A DNA stretch of 64,000 bases, taken from NCBI GenBank assembly GCA_019306065.1, contig JAFDMF010000008.1:26430-90429 (forward strand), read 5' to 3'. This document shows, piece by piece, positions 26,148 to 35,825 of the stretch. The DNA comes from Deltaproteobacteria bacterium (GTDB lineage: Bacteria > Desulfobacterota > Desulfobacteria > Desulfobacterales > JAFDMD01). Every line of letters starts with the position of its first letter. Within the stretch, counting starts at the first letter, position 1. Both the position numbers and the translations under genes were made by a program. The notes below the pieces were generated by a model. The model was not told the origin of the DNA, did not search any database, and was given only the letters and a program-made list of their open reading frames with translations.

Positions 26148-26182
26148 AGACCGCGGCGGCTTAACGTTCCACGGTCTTTTTT
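26148..26182 (+). terminator. Rho-independent-type terminator upstream of trpE
   Basis: agaccg (26148-26153) pairs with cggtct (26172-26177), with extra G-C pairs inside. A T6 run follows and an A-run precedes, so it may be bidirectional. Confidence 0.5.
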
Positions 26183-26234
26183 ATTTTATAAACTTTTAAA
26201 AGGGCGTGGATATAATCCTCGCCCTTTTTTATTT

Positions 26235-26388
26235 TAGCAATACGAGCGCGGCGAGGAGAAACCTCATAATCATCCGAACTGTGATTAACTATAATAACAC
26301 GATAGACTATGATTAAAAATAAAATCTGTAGAGAGGGTTGCATACAGCGTCTCTACTTTGCAACTTTGTATCTTATATAAAATTAACC
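26235..26388. repeat. Composite intergenic repeat (family B unit plus family C hairpin/tail) directly upstream of trpE
   Basis: ...cgagcgcggcgaggagaaacctcataatc (26235-26271). Then gtagagagggttgcatacagcgtctctac (26328-26356) and ctttgcaactttgtatctta... tail. Confidence 0.7.
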
Positions 26389-26409
26389 GAATAAAAAAAA
26401 GGCGAATAT

Positions 26410-27921
26410 ATGCTGATAAATCAATTTCCGAACAAAAAAAAATTCTGCGACATGGCGAAAAAATACAACGTGATACCCGTATGCTTCGAAATGCTTGCGG
26501 ATACGGAAACTCCGGTAACCATGCTTAAAAAATTTTACAACCCCAAAAAACCGATAGCCCTCTTTGAAAGCGTTGAAGGTAAAGAAAGATGGGGAAGATA
26601 CAGCTTTTTAATGACTTCGGCTTCCGGCGGCATCAGAATTTTTAAAGATTATGTTGAAATCCAAAATAAAAACAAAACTGAAAAAATAAACCATAACGGA
26701 GACCCCTTAAAAGTTTTAAAAAAATTTATGGCTCAATACATACCTGCAAACATTCCGGAACTGCCAAGATTTTGGGGAGGCATAGTAGGATATTTCGGTT
26801 ATGAAACCGTATCTTTTTTTGAAAAAATACCAAACTCCTTTCCACCCGACAAACCGATAGCAAAATTTATAATCCCGGACAGCCTTATAATCTTTGACAA
26901 CGTAAAACATACAATAACGGGGGCGGCAATAGCCTTTATAAAAAAAAAAAATCAGGCTGCCGACCTATACGACGACGCAATAAAAAAACTTAATAACCTA
27001 ATAGATACAATAAAAAAAAAATCTTCAAAAAAAACTTTTATTCCAGAGGACAACTTTAAAACAACCCCTCAATGCAATAAAGAGGATTATATCGAAAAGG
27101 TAAAAAAAGTAAAAAATTACATAAAATCCGGAGAGGTAATACAAGCGGTGATATCCCAGCCCTTTGTTTCAAAAGCGCCTTCTGATCTTTCCGAACTTTA
27201 CAGAGCGCAAAGATACATAAATCCGTCTCCATATCTCTACTTTTTAAACATAGATAAAACCGCCCTTATAGGCTCATCGCCGGAAACAATGGTTCGTTTG
27301 GAAAACCGCATTGCAACATTAAGACCCATAGCAGGCACAAGACCGAGAGGAGAAAATGAAATTTTAGACATAAAACTTGCAAACGAGCTCTTGGCAGACG
27401 AAAAAGAAAAAGCGGAACATCTAATGCTTGTTGATTTGGGACGAAACGACCTCGGCAAAATAGCAAAAACAGGAACCGTTCAGGTAACCGATCTTATGGT
27501 AGTGGAGCGTTACTCTCATGTAATGCATCTTGTTTCCAATATAACCTGCGATATTGAGGATAATAAAGACGCTTGGGATTTAATTAAAGCAACTTTTCCT
27601 GCAGGAACATTATCCGGAGCCCCTAAAATAAGAGCAATGGAAATAATAGCCGAACTGGAAGATACTTATAGAGACGCTTACGGAGGAGCTATAGGTTATA
27701 TATCTTTTAGCGGCAACATGGATATGGCTATTATAATAAGAACCGCCGTAGTAGAAGATAACAAATTAACCGTAACAGCAGGCGCCGGCATAGTTGCGGA
27801 TTCGGATCCGGAAGCCGAACATAGAGAATGTATAAACAAATCAAAAGCCATACAAAAAGCGCTTACGCTTCTTAAAAACAGAGAAACATCCATAGCCGAT
27901 TTTATAGACAAAAAAGAATAG
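26410..27921 (+). CDS. trpE: Anthranilate synthase component I
   Basis: LADTETPV, GSSPE, GTRPRG, LVDLGRND, FPAGTLSGAPK and GAGIVADS motifs. Confidence 0.95.
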   Translation: MLINQFPNKKKFCDMAKKYNVIPVCFEMLADTETPVTMLKKFYNPKKPIALFESVEGKERWGRYSFLMTSASGGIRIFKDYVEIQNKNKTEKINHNGDPLKVLKKFMAQYIPANIPELPRFWGGIVGYFGYETVSFFEKIPNSFPPDKPIAKFIIPDSLIIFDNVKHTITGAAIAFIKKKNQAADLYDDAIKKLNNLIDTIKKKSSKKTFIPEDNFKTTPQCNKEDYIEKVKKVKNYIKSGEVIQAVISQPFVSKAPSDLSELYRAQRYINPSPYLYFLNIDKTALIGSSPETMVRLENRIATLRPIAGTRPRGENEILDIKLANELLADEKEKAEHLMLVDLGRNDLGKIAKTGTVQVTDLMVVERYSHVMHLVSNITCDIEDNKDAWDLIKATFPAGTLSGAPKIRAMEIIAELEDTYRDAYGGAIGYISFSGNMDMAIIIRTAVVEDNKLTVTAGAGIVADSDPEAEHRECINKSKAIQKALTLLKNRETSIADFIDKKE

Positions 27922-27937
27922 AAACAGAATAATAATT

Positions 27938-27985
27938 TTTACCGTGTAATGTCAACGAGCAAAGCGAGGAGAAATCTTATCAAAC
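27938..27985. repeat. Family B repeat unit filling the trpE-trpG spacer
   Basis: tttaccgtgtaatgtcaacgagcaaagcgaggagaaatcttatcaaac ends at the trpG ATG. Confidence 0.75.
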
Positions 27986-28561
27986 ATGATTCTTATAATA
28001 GACAACTACGATTCATTTACATACAACCTTGTTCAATATGTAAAACAGATTGGCGCGCGGGTAGAAGTTGCAAGAAACGATGCAATTGCAGTTTCCGAAA
28101 TAAAAACCTTAAAACCTGACGGAATAATAATATCGCCAGGTCCCGGAGGTCCCAAGTCCGCCGGTATATCTATAAATACAATAAAAGAATTTTCCGGCAA
28201 AATCCCCATACTCGGAGTATGTTTGGGGCATCAAAGCATTGTAGCGGCATTCGGAGGCAAAATAATACCCGCTAAAAAACTTATGCATGGAAAAACCTCC
28301 TTAATTACGGCAGACGCCAAAAAAATATACAAAGGCATAAACAAACCGTTTTACGCAATGCGTTATCATTCTTTGGCGGCATCCGAAAAAAAACTTCCCA
28401 ACTGCTTATACATAACAGCTAGAACCGAAGACGGCGAAATAATGGGGATTAGGCATAAAAAAGACTTAACCGAAGGAATTCAATTTCATCCGGAATCAAT
28501 AATGACCCCAGTAGGCAAAAGACTATTAAGAAACTTTTTAAATTTAACCAATTCTTTTTAA
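27986..28561 (+). CDS. trpG: Anthranilate synthase component II (glutamine amidotransferase)
   Basis: IIDNYDSFTYNL, GPGGP, ILGVCLGHQ (catalytic Cys) and QFHPES. Confidence 0.93.
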   Translation: MILIIDNYDSFTYNLVQYVKQIGARVEVARNDAIAVSEIKTLKPDGIIISPGPGGPKSAGISINTIKEFSGKIPILGVCLGHQSIVAAFGGKIIPAKKLMHGKTSLITADAKKIYKGINKPFYAMRYHSLAASEKKLPNCLYITARTEDGEIMGIRHKKDLTEGIQFHPESIMTPVGKRLLRNFLNLTNSF

Positions 28562-28602
28562 TTGTCATTTCGACAAGCGCAGCGAGGAGAAATCTCATAA
28601 TC
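28562..28602. repeat. Family B repeat unit in the trpG-trpD spacer
   Basis: ttgtcatttcgacaagcgcagcgaggagaaatctcataatc. Confidence 0.75.
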
Positions 28603-28633
28603 AAAATATAAACAGAAGAAAGGACCGAACACA

Positions 28634-29650
28634 ATGTTTAAAAAATATCTAAATAAAATCATAAACAGCGAAAATCTTACGACAGAAGAAATCGCATACA
28701 TAATAGACCGAATACTTACAAACCAATGCACAAACTCTCAAATAGGCGCTTTTATGGCTGCCCTTGCCTCAAAAGGAGAAACCTTTGAAGAGATTGCCGG
28801 CGCGGCCATTGCAATGCGGCGCAAAGCATACAAAATACAAGTATTCGGCTCAACAGTAGTGGATACCGCAGGAACAGGAGGAGATTCTTCCAACACATTT
28901 AACATCTCTACAACTACCGCTTTTGTTACCGCAGGATGCGGCGTAACCGTAGCAAAACACGGAAATCGCTCCGTATCAAGCAAATGCGGAAGCGCGGACG
29001 CGTTAGAAGCGCTCGGAGTAAAAATAGATACCCAACCGGAAATCGCAGAAGAGGCTATAAATGAAATAGGCATAGGGTTTTTATTTGCCCCTTTATATCA
29101 CAGCGCGATGAAATACGCGGCAGAGGCAAGAAAAGAGGTGGGAATAAAAAGCATATTTAACATGCTTGGCCCCCTTACAAATCCTGCGAGCGCAAACTGC
29201 CAGTTAATAGGAGTATATGCATTACATCTTACGGAAATCTTTGCCAATGTTTTAAAAATACTCGGCTCAAAAAAAGCCCTTGTAGTTTGCGGACACGACG
29301 GCTTGGACGAAATAACTGTATGCAATCTAACAAGAATATCCGAACTTGAAAACGACGAAATAAAAACTTATGACATAAATCCGGAAAACTATTTCGAAAA
29401 GCTGGCTTTGCCTCAAAGCCTTAAAGGCGGAGACGCCAAATTTAATGCAAAAATAACAAAAGATATACTTGCAGGAAAAAAAGGAGATAAACGAAATATA
29501 ATACTTATAAATACAGCAGCGGCTCTTATTGTAGCGGGAAAAGCCGATTCATACCAAACAGGAATCAAAATAGCGGAAAAATCTATAGACACAGGAGCGG
29601 CAAAAGATAAATTGGAAAGACTGATAAAATTTACTTGCGAAAATGGATAG
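28634..29650 (+). CDS. trpD: Anthranilate phosphoribosyltransferase
   Basis: VDTAGTGGD, NISTTTAFV, KHGNRSVSSKCGSAD and NPA motifs. Confidence 0.95.
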   Translation: MFKKYLNKIINSENLTTEEIAYIIDRILTNQCTNSQIGAFMAALASKGETFEEIAGAAIAMRRKAYKIQVFGSTVVDTAGTGGDSSNTFNISTTTAFVTAGCGVTVAKHGNRSVSSKCGSADALEALGVKIDTQPEIAEEAINEIGIGFLFAPLYHSAMKYAAEARKEVGIKSIFNMLGPLTNPASANCQLIGVYALHLTEIFANVLKILGSKKALVVCGHDGLDEITVCNLTRISELENDEIKTYDINPENYFEKLALPQSLKGGDAKFNAKITKDILAGKKGDKRNIILINTAAALIVAGKADSYQTGIKIAEKSIDTGAAKDKLERLIKFTCENG

Positions 29651-29655
29651 AATGT

Positions 29656-30450
29656 ATGGAAAAAACAATTTTAAAAAAAATAATCGAGCAAAAAAAAATA
29701 GAAATATCCGAGCAGAAAAAAATAAACTCGGAACAAAAAATCAGAGAAAGCGCGGAAAAATCGTCGGATAAAAAAAGATCCTTTTATAATGCCTTAAAAA
29801 AAACAGCCGATTCAGGCATAAGCATAATAGCCGAAATAAAAAGAGCCTCTCCTTCAAAAGGCGCCATTAAAATCAATCTTAATGCCGCAAATCTTGCCAA
29901 AGCTTACCAACAAGGAGGAGCCGCCGCAATTTCGGTTTTAACAGATTCCCACTTTTTTAAAGGAAGCTTTGACGACTTTAAAACCGTAAAAAAAAACTGC
30001 CTGCTTCCGATGTTAAGAAAAGATTTTATAATATCTTCTTATCAGATATTTCAATCCGCCGCGCTATTAAAAGCAGACGCCATACTTTTAATAGTTCAAA
30101 TATTATCCAAAGAGCAGTTAAAAGATTATATCAGCCTTGCCCGTCAACTCGGCATGAGCGCGCTTGTTGAAATACATTCGGAAAAAGATATAAATTCCGC
30201 GCACCTTGCAAACGCTGAAATAATAGGAATCAACAACAGAGACCTAAAAACCTTTAAAACCAATATGAAAAATGCCATAAGGCTTGTATCTATGATAGAT
30301 AAAAAAATAATTTCGGTTGCCGCAAGCGGTATTAAAAATAAACAAGATATAAAAGAAAGTAAAAAAGCAGGGCTTTATAATTTTTTAATAGGCGAAAGCC
30401 TTGTTAAAGCAGATGATACGATAAGCTTTTTAAAAAATCTTCTTATGTAG
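29656..30450 (+). CDS. trpC: Indole-3-glycerol phosphate synthase
   Basis: ILKKIIEQKKIEI, IAEIKRASPSKG, LRKDFI and INNRDL. The ORF also has an upstream in-frame ATG at 29635 that overlaps trpD. Confidence 0.92.
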   Translation: MEKTILKKIIEQKKIEISEQKKINSEQKIRESAEKSSDKKRSFYNALKKTADSGISIIAEIKRASPSKGAIKINLNAANLAKAYQQGGAAAISVLTDSHFFKGSFDDFKTVKKNCLLPMLRKDFIISSYQIFQSAALLKADAILLIVQILSKEQLKDYISLARQLGMSALVEIHSEKDINSAHLANAEIIGINNRDLKTFKTNMKNAIRLVSMIDKKIISVAASGIKNKQDIKESKKAGLYNFLIGESLVKADDTISFLKNLLM

Positions 30451-30525
30451 TTCCCGAAGAAAAAAGCCTTCTTTTACTTGATTACGGCATTGGACAATCT
30501 CCAAACCAAATATAAGCAGAGTAAA

Positions 30526-31197
30526 ATGAATAAAAAGTTTATAACCCCCCAGATTAAAATATGCGGATTAACAAAAATAAAGCAGGCTGTTGAATGCGAA
30601 AAACTGGGCTCGAATGCCATAGGACTTGTTTTTCATCCTAAAAGTCCAAGATATATCGGAGCAGAAAAAGCAAAACAAATAACTTCGGCTCTTTCCGAAA
30701 AAACCATAACAACCGGAGTGTTTGTAAATGAAAAAATAGATTCCGTCTTAAAAATAATTGAAAAATGCAAATTAAAAGCGGTTCAACTACACGGCGACGA
30801 ATCCCCCGCTTATACCGATCAACTTATCAAAAAAAAAATCTTTGTAATAAAAGCCTTATTTATCCAGAAAAAACCGTTTATATCTGATGTATCCGCATAT
30901 AACGCTTCCGCATACCTTATAGAATACGGAAAAGGATCCCTTCCCGGAGGCAACGCATTACAATGGAATTGGGAAAAAGCAAAAAACTTTGGAACAAATC
31001 ATCCGTTAATACTGGCCGGAGGCATAAATGCAGACAATATATCCGACGCTGCTATATCTGCCGCGCCAGACGCGATTGATATAAGTTCCGGAGTAGAAAC
31101 CTCTCCGGGAAACAAAAATATTTTAAAAGTAAAAGAGATTATAAATAAACTTTCCGATATAAAAATCGCGCAACGCCAACTAAGGAGAATCTTTTAA
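30526..31197 (+). CDS. trpF: Phosphoribosylanthranilate isomerase
   Basis: IKICGLT, AVQLHGDE, ILAGGI and DISSGVE. The tracked ORF starts at an upstream TTG (30478). Confidence 0.9.
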   Translation: MNKKFITPQIKICGLTKIKQAVECEKLGSNAIGLVFHPKSPRYIGAEKAKQITSALSEKTITTGVFVNEKIDSVLKIIEKCKLKAVQLHGDESPAYTDQLIKKKIFVIKALFIQKKPFISDVSAYNASAYLIEYGKGSLPGGNALQWNWEKAKNFGTNHPLILAGGINADNISDAAISAAPDAIDISSGVETSPGNKNILKVKEIINKLSDIKIAQRQLRRIF

Positions 31198-32406
31198 ATG
31201 CAGAACAATAAAAACAAAAAAATGCCTGATCAAAACGGACGTTTCGGAATTTACGGCGGAAGATATGTAGGCGAAACCTTAATGTCAGCTCTTATTGAGC
31301 TTAAACAGGCATACAATAAATTTCTTCATAGTCCCGACTTTAAATCCGAATTTAATCTTTTAATGAAAAACTATGTAGGCAGACCCACCCCTCTTTTTTA
31401 TGCAAAAAGATTGAGCGCTCAATGCAACGGAGCAAAAATATACTTAAAACGGGAGGACCTTACCCATACCGGAGCGCATAAAATCAACAATACGGTAGGG
31501 CAAATCCTGCTTGCAAAACAAATGGGAAAAAGCAAAATTATAGCCGAAACAGGCGCGGGACAACACGGAGTTGCAACCGCTGCAGCAGCCGCTCTTTTTA
31601 ACATGGAATGCAGCATATTTATGGGAATAAAAGATATTAAAAGACAAGCCCCAAACGTTGCCAGAATAAAACTTTTGGGCGCAAAAGTAATACCTGTAGA
31701 TTCCGGAAGCGCAACATTAAAAGATGCAATGAACGAGGCTATAAGATATTGGACAGAAGCGATAGAAGACACCTTTTATGTTATAGGTTCGGTAGCGGGG
31801 CCACATCCTTATCCCGCAATGGTTAGGGATTTTCAAAAAATCATAGGAACAGAAGCAAAAGAGCAAATATTAAAACAAACGAAAAAACTGCCGGATATTC
31901 TTGTTGCCTGCGTAGGAGGCGGAAGCAATGCAATGGGGCTTTTTTTCCCTTTTATAAATGATTCCGTTGAAATGACAGGAGTTGAAGCTGCTGGCAAAGG
32001 CATAGAAACAGGTAAACATGCCGCCACATTAGGACATGGAACCATAGGCATTTTACACGGCTCAAAATCCTATATATTACAGGATAATAACGGACAAATT
32101 AAAGAGGCTCATTCGATTTCCGCAGGGCTGGATTATCCTGGAGTAGGGCCAGAACATTCCTATTTTAAAGATTTAAACCGTATACAATATGTATCTATAA
32201 AAGATAAAGAGGCTTTAAACGCTTTCAAAATACTTTCCGAAACCGAAGGCATCATTCCGGCATTAGAAAGCTCTCATGCTCTTGCTTACGCCATAAAAGA
32301 AGCGCCAAAAAGATCAAAAGAAGATATTATATTGGTTAATCTTTCAGGCAGAGGAGATAAAGACTTGGGTATTGTGCTTGAGCAAACAAACTTAGACATC
32401 TCATAA
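31198..32406 (+). CDS. trpB: Tryptophan synthase beta chain
   Basis: [31 protein letters not shown] (PLP Lys), GAGQHG and GGGSNA. Confidence 0.97.
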   Translation: MQNNKNKKMPDQNGRFGIYGGRYVGETLMSALIELKQAYNKFLHSPDFKSEFNLLMKNYVGRPTPLFYAKRLSAQCNGAKIYLKREDLTHTGAHKINNTVGQILLAKQMGKSKIIAETGAGQHGVATAAAAALFNMECSIFMGIKDIKRQAPNVARIKLLGAKVIPVDSGSATLKDAMNEAIRYWTEAIEDTFYVIGSVAGPHPYPAMVRDFQKIIGTEAKEQILKQTKKLPDILVACVGGGSNAMGLFFPFINDSVEMTGVEAAGKGIETGKHAATLGHGTIGILHGSKSYILQDNNGQIKEAHSISAGLDYPGVGPEHSYFKDLNRIQYVSIKDKEALNAFKILSETEGIIPALESSHALAYAIKEAPKRSKEDIILVNLSGRGDKDLGIVLEQTNLDIS

Positions 32407-32526
32407 TTGTCCGAACGTTGATTAAAATGATTAAATGAATACTTTGATTAAAAATTCAATCTGTAGAGACGTTGCATGCAACGTCTCTACTTTTCAACTT
32501 TGTTACTCTGTATCTTAATTATAACT
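32403..32526. repeat. Composite repeat (B tail plus perfect 28-nt palindrome GTAGAGACGTTGCATGCAACGTCTCTAC plus C tail) in the trpB-trpA spacer
   Basis: The palindrome is at 32463-32490. The flanks align with 61921-62022 (ataattgtcYgaac..., attaaatgaat, ...ctttgtatcttaattataac). Confidence 0.8.
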
Positions 32527-32545
32527 ATATAAAAGGATATAAAAA

Positions 32546-33346
32546 ATGAACCGCATAAAAGAAATATTTAAAAAACTAAAAGAAAAAAAAGAAAAAGCCC
32601 TTGTAGCTTTTGTAACGGCAGGCGATCCTAATATCTCACAGTCTTTAAATATTATAAAAAGTATGTGTAAAGCAGGAATCGATATATTAGAACTCGGCAT
32701 ACCCTTTTCAGAGCCCACCGCAGACGGTCCAGTAATACAAAAAGCCTCTGCAAGGGCATTAAAACAAGGTATAAACATAAAAGCAGTTTTTAAATTAACA
32801 AAAAATATAAGAGAATTTACAAACATTCCTATAATATTATTCGGCTATTACAACCCTATACACCTATACGGAAATAAAAAATTTTATATCGACGCGATCT
32901 CCGCCGGCGCAGACGGACTTTTGGTAGTTGATCTGCCTCCAGAAGAATCGGACGAAATGACCAACGAATGGGAAGGAGATAAACTGGCTTTAATCCGTCT
33001 TATAGCATTAACCACGCCGAGAGATAGAATAAAAAAAATAGCAAATTCCGCCTCCGGATTTTTATATCTTGTTTCAAAAACAGGAGTGACAGGAAGCGCA
33101 GGGATAGATACCTCCTTATCTTCCGATAAATTTAAAATAATCCGCTCAATTACCGATCTTCCTGTATGCGTAGGATTTGGAATATCTACGCCGGAACATG
33201 TCTCCGCCGTAGCCTCTTTTGCAGACGGCATAGTTATAGGAAGCGCTTTTGAAAAAACCATAGAAAAAAATATCAATAATTCTGAGTTGGAGAGTATAAT
33301 CTCAAAACAAACGGTAGAATATAAAAAAGCGACAAAAAACCCATAA
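32546..33346 (+). CDS. trpA: Tryptophan synthase alpha chain
   Basis: ALVAFVTAGDP, LELGIPFSEPTADGPVIQ, GVTG and VGFGIS. Confidence 0.95.
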   Translation: MNRIKEIFKKLKEKKEKALVAFVTAGDPNISQSLNIIKSMCKAGIDILELGIPFSEPTADGPVIQKASARALKQGINIKAVFKLTKNIREFTNIPIILFGYYNPIHLYGNKKFYIDAISAGADGLLVVDLPPEESDEMTNEWEGDKLALIRLIALTTPRDRIKKIANSASGFLYLVSKTGVTGSAGIDTSLSSDKFKIIRSITDLPVCVGFGISTPEHVSAVASFADGIVIGSAFEKTIEKNINNSELESIISKQTVEYKKATKNP

Positions 33347-33436
33347 CTAATATTAGACACAAAAAAGAATAATTATGAAACGGAGACGGGTTAAAAGGAA
33401 ATAATATTTGTTCGTTTTCTGCGGTTTGCTCAAATT

Positions 33437-34084
33437 TTATAAAATTAAATACGGAAGCATCCTATCTTCAAGATATTTAAGCTGTTTTTCAAAAGATGCT
33501 GGATCGTTATCTTTTTTAAAGAAAATCATATCCCCGAATATTATATTAACCTTTGCAAATGGCTTCGGTATTATAAATTTATCCCATGAATTAAGCTGCC
33601 AATATCTGTTAGCCGTAACATATACCGGAACCACAGGCGCTCCTATTTCTCTTGCGATTTTTACGGAACCCGCCTTAATTTTACCTACGGGACCTTGCGG
33701 ACCGTCAACAGCGTTAGCTATTAATAAATAATCTTTTTTTGTCGTTAAAATTTTTAAAGCTTCTCTTCCGCCCTTTGAAGAAGAGCCTCTTACTATGTTC
33801 CAGCCTACCTTTTGCACAAACTTTGCAGCTACATCTCCGTCGTTACTTGCGCTGATCATACATACCGGATTATATTCTTTAAGCTTTCTGGCGTAAAATA
33901 TAAGCCCGAAAATATGCTGATGCCATAAACAGTATATAACCTTTTTCCTCTTTTTCAAGCGAACCAGCAGCTTTTCTACATTTTTAACCTTCATTCCGAA
34001 TGTAAAACAATATATTAAAAATATTTTATAAAGCAGATAAATTATTATCTGCGAGGAAAGTATTTTTCTTTTTATTCTATTCAT
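33437..34084 (-). CDS. DUF374-type lysophospholipid acyltransferase family protein
   Basis: CLWHQH, SASNDGD, VRGSSSKGG, DGPQGP and REIGAPVVPV. Confidence 0.8.
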   Translation of the reverse strand: MNRIKRKILSSQIIIYLLYKIFLIYCFTFGMKVKNVEKLLVRLKKRKKVIYCLWHQHIFGLIFYARKLKEYNPVCMISASNDGDVAAKFVQKVGWNIVRGSSSKGGREALKILTTKKDYLLIANAVDGPQGPVGKIKAGSVKIAREIGAPVVPVYVTANRYWQLNSWDKFIIPKPFAKVNIIFGDMIFFKKDNDPASFEKQLKYLEDRMLPYLIL

Positions 34085-34701
34085 TTTTCCAATCTTTTAA
34101 GGGCTTCTAATATTGCGTATCCGGCTTGATCCGGATCCTTTCCGAAAGATATTAACCCGTGTTTATGCCCTGCCATACAAAACAGGTTTATTTTTTTCTT
34201 TTTATATCTTTTATAAGTTTTAATTATTTCTGCCGGCATCTCTTTAGAGCCGTATTCAGCGTTTTTATCTATCATAGAAATATTAAGTTTATCCGCTTCT
34301 TCCCATAGTTTTGCTGAATGCACATGAATTACCGATTTCATTTCGTCATCCATATCATAAAAAGCCGCATGCGATAGAGATTCCGAAGAAGGTTTTACCA
34401 GCCCTTTTGCGACAATTAGATTCTTTTCAAAATCATATTCAATAACAGCGCAATAATCTTTATTTGTAAGTTCGGATACATTTCCCGTTTGACTTCCCGT
34501 AATAATAAAGGCTTTTTTATCATCATAAAACCTGTCTGCCAATACAGACACATTGCCGTATCCTATGCCGTTTGCACATCCTATCAATTTTTTGTCAAAA
34601 AGTATATTTCGCCATTCGTTTATTGCCGATATATCCTCTTGTAAAACAGAGTTCTCTTTTTTAAATATTATTTTAAATTTTATTATGCCTTCCTTATCCA
34701 T
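34081..34701 (-). CDS. Class II aldolase/adducin-domain protein
   Basis: GNVSV, ITGSQTG, VIHVHS and a GHKHG-type metal-binding pattern. 4-nt overlap with the downstream gene. Confidence 0.75.
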   Translation of the reverse strand: MDKEGIIKFKIIFKKENSVLQEDISAINEWRNILFDKKLIGCANGIGYGNVSVLADRFYDDKKAFIITGSQTGNVSELTNKDYCAVIEYDFEKNLIVAKGLVKPSSESLSHAAFYDMDDEMKSVIHVHSAKLWEEADKLNISMIDKNAEYGSKEMPAEIIKTYKRYKKKKINLFCMAGHKHGLISFGKDPDQAGYAILEALKRLEK

Positions 34702-34739
34702 TTTTTTAAGTTCCAGCCTTATTTTGTTTTATTCTATTT

Positions 34740-34780
34740 CATCCTGTCATTTCTATCGAAGCGAGAAATCCCTTTATTAC
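34740..34780. repeat. Family B' repeat unit
   Basis: catcctgtcatttctatcgaagcgagaaatccctttattac is near-identical to 8288-8329. Confidence 0.7.
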
Positions 34781-35271
34781 CTCAAAGCATGTTTTGCAAA
34801 AAGCGTATCTTTTAAATATTTATTATCAGAATCGGAAAAAAATCTTTTAAAAAGCTCCTTGCTTTTTTCACGCAACACACCCGGTATAATCGAAACGCGG
34901 CTTTCTTTATATAAAATTTTAAGAGCGGACAGATCGCAGTTAGTTCCGCCTCCCATAACATCCTCATAAGCGTAGACTGTTTTTTTAATTCCGGAAATAA
35001 TAATTGCTCCGTAACACATAAGACACGGTTCTAACGTAGAAAATAAAGTTACTTTATTTAAATCATAACGGCTTTTTAATTCCGAAAATCTACGCAGCGC
35101 AGTTATTTCGGCATGATCTATCTCATTAACTAAATATTCGGTCGCGCTTCTTTGCCCGTAAGCAATAACCTCATTATCATAAACAATAACGCAGCCTACC
35201 GGAAATTCTCCAGCATTTAAAGACTTTTTTGCTTCCTCCAAAGCCTTTTCCATAAAATATTCGTAATTCAT
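34777..35271 (-). CDS. tadA: CMP/dCMP-type zinc deaminase (tRNA adenosine(34) deaminase-like)
   Basis: HAEITAL and PCLMCYGAI zinc motifs. ATG 35271 is preceded by AAGAGG. The tracked ORF extends to 35322. Confidence 0.8.
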   Translation of the reverse strand: MNYEYFMEKALEEAKKSLNAGEFPVGCVIVYDNEVIAYGQRSATEYLVNEIDHAEITALRRFSELKSRYDLNKVTLFSTLEPCLMCYGAIIISGIKKTVYAYEDVMGGGTNCDLSALKILYKESRVSIIPGVLREKSKELFKRFFSDSDNKYLKDTLFAKHALR

Positions 35272-35540
35272 AAATAAACCTCTTTTTGACAAAATTAAAT
35301 TTTTATTGCTTTTCAAACTCATTTACCTCGTAATTACGAATAGTTATACAAATCGGCGTCTTAATAGTCAAGACAAAAAGACCGCCTCCCGTCTCCTTTT
35401 TATAATCATTCTTTTTTGTGCCTATAACATAGTCATAAGCGTTTTTTATAGAAAAAATCTTATATAATAAAGAATTCTGTTCATTTTTAAGAAATGCAAA
35501 AATTTTAATAAAAAAATTTTTAATATAATATATTTTTTTA

Positions 35541-35570
35541 TTGACATATAGCGAGTTATATATGTATTAA
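35541..35570 (+). promoter_or_regulatory. Promoter candidate TTGACA-N18-TATTAA for the tRNA-Lys/tRNA-Glu pair
   Basis: TTGACA at 35541-35546 and TATTAA at 35565-35570, about 18 nt before the tRNA 5' end. Confidence 0.4.
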
Positions 35571-35587
35571 ACATTTTTCAATTGCGG

Positions 35588-35663
35588 GGGCCGTTAACTC
35601 AGTTGGCAGAGTATCTGCCTTTTAAGCAGAGAGTCGCTGGTTCGAATCCAGCACGGCCTACCA
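35588..35663 (+). tRNA. tRNA-Lys (anticodon TTT), CCA encoded
   Basis: Manual cloverleaf: acceptor gggccgt/acggcct, D arm actc-agttggca-gagt, anticodon arm tctgc-cTTTTaa-gcaga, T arm gctgg-ttcgaat-ccagc. Confidence 0.9.
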
Positions 35664-35685
35664 CTTTACCCAATATTAATTATCT

Positions 35686-35763
35686 GTCCCCATCGTCTAG
35701 CCCGGTCCAGGACACCGGCCTTTCACGCCGGCGACACCGGTTCGAATCCGGTTGGGGACGCCA
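35686..35763 (+). tRNA. tRNA-Glu (anticodon TTC), CCA encoded
   Basis: Acceptor gtcccca/tggggac, anticodon arm ccggc-ctTTCac-gccgg, T arm accgg-ttcgaat-ccggt. Confidence 0.9.
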
Positions 35764-35770
35764 TTTTTTA

Positions 35771-35817
35771 AAAGGATATAAACGTTTTTTTGCAATAACG
35801 CTTATATCCTTTTTTTG
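35771..35817. terminator. Bidirectional terminator hairpin between the tRNA pair and the convergent cyclase gene
   Basis: aaaggatataaacg pairs with cgcttatatcctttt (one mismatch). T-run downstream and A/T-run upstream. Confidence 0.6.
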
Positions 35818-35825
35818 TTTTCTTA

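Noticed and set aside
26161-26343. 60-aa minus-strand ORF upstream of trpE
   Set aside because: It is composed of the terminator hairpin, a family B repeat unit (giving SPRRARIA) and the GTAGAGA hairpin (giving MQPSLQ). Similar pseudo-peptides arise wherever these repeats occur.
25897-26409. T-box or TRAP-type regulation of the trp operon
   Set aside because: No specifier-loop/T-box consensus and no series of (G/U)AG triplet repeats are visible. The leader-peptide model is the only one with sequence support, and that support is weak.
33408-34969. Plus-strand ORFs 33408..33731 and 34553..34969
   Set aside because: They are antisense to the well-supported DUF374 acyltransferase, aldolase and deaminase genes. 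They are low-complexity with no motifs.
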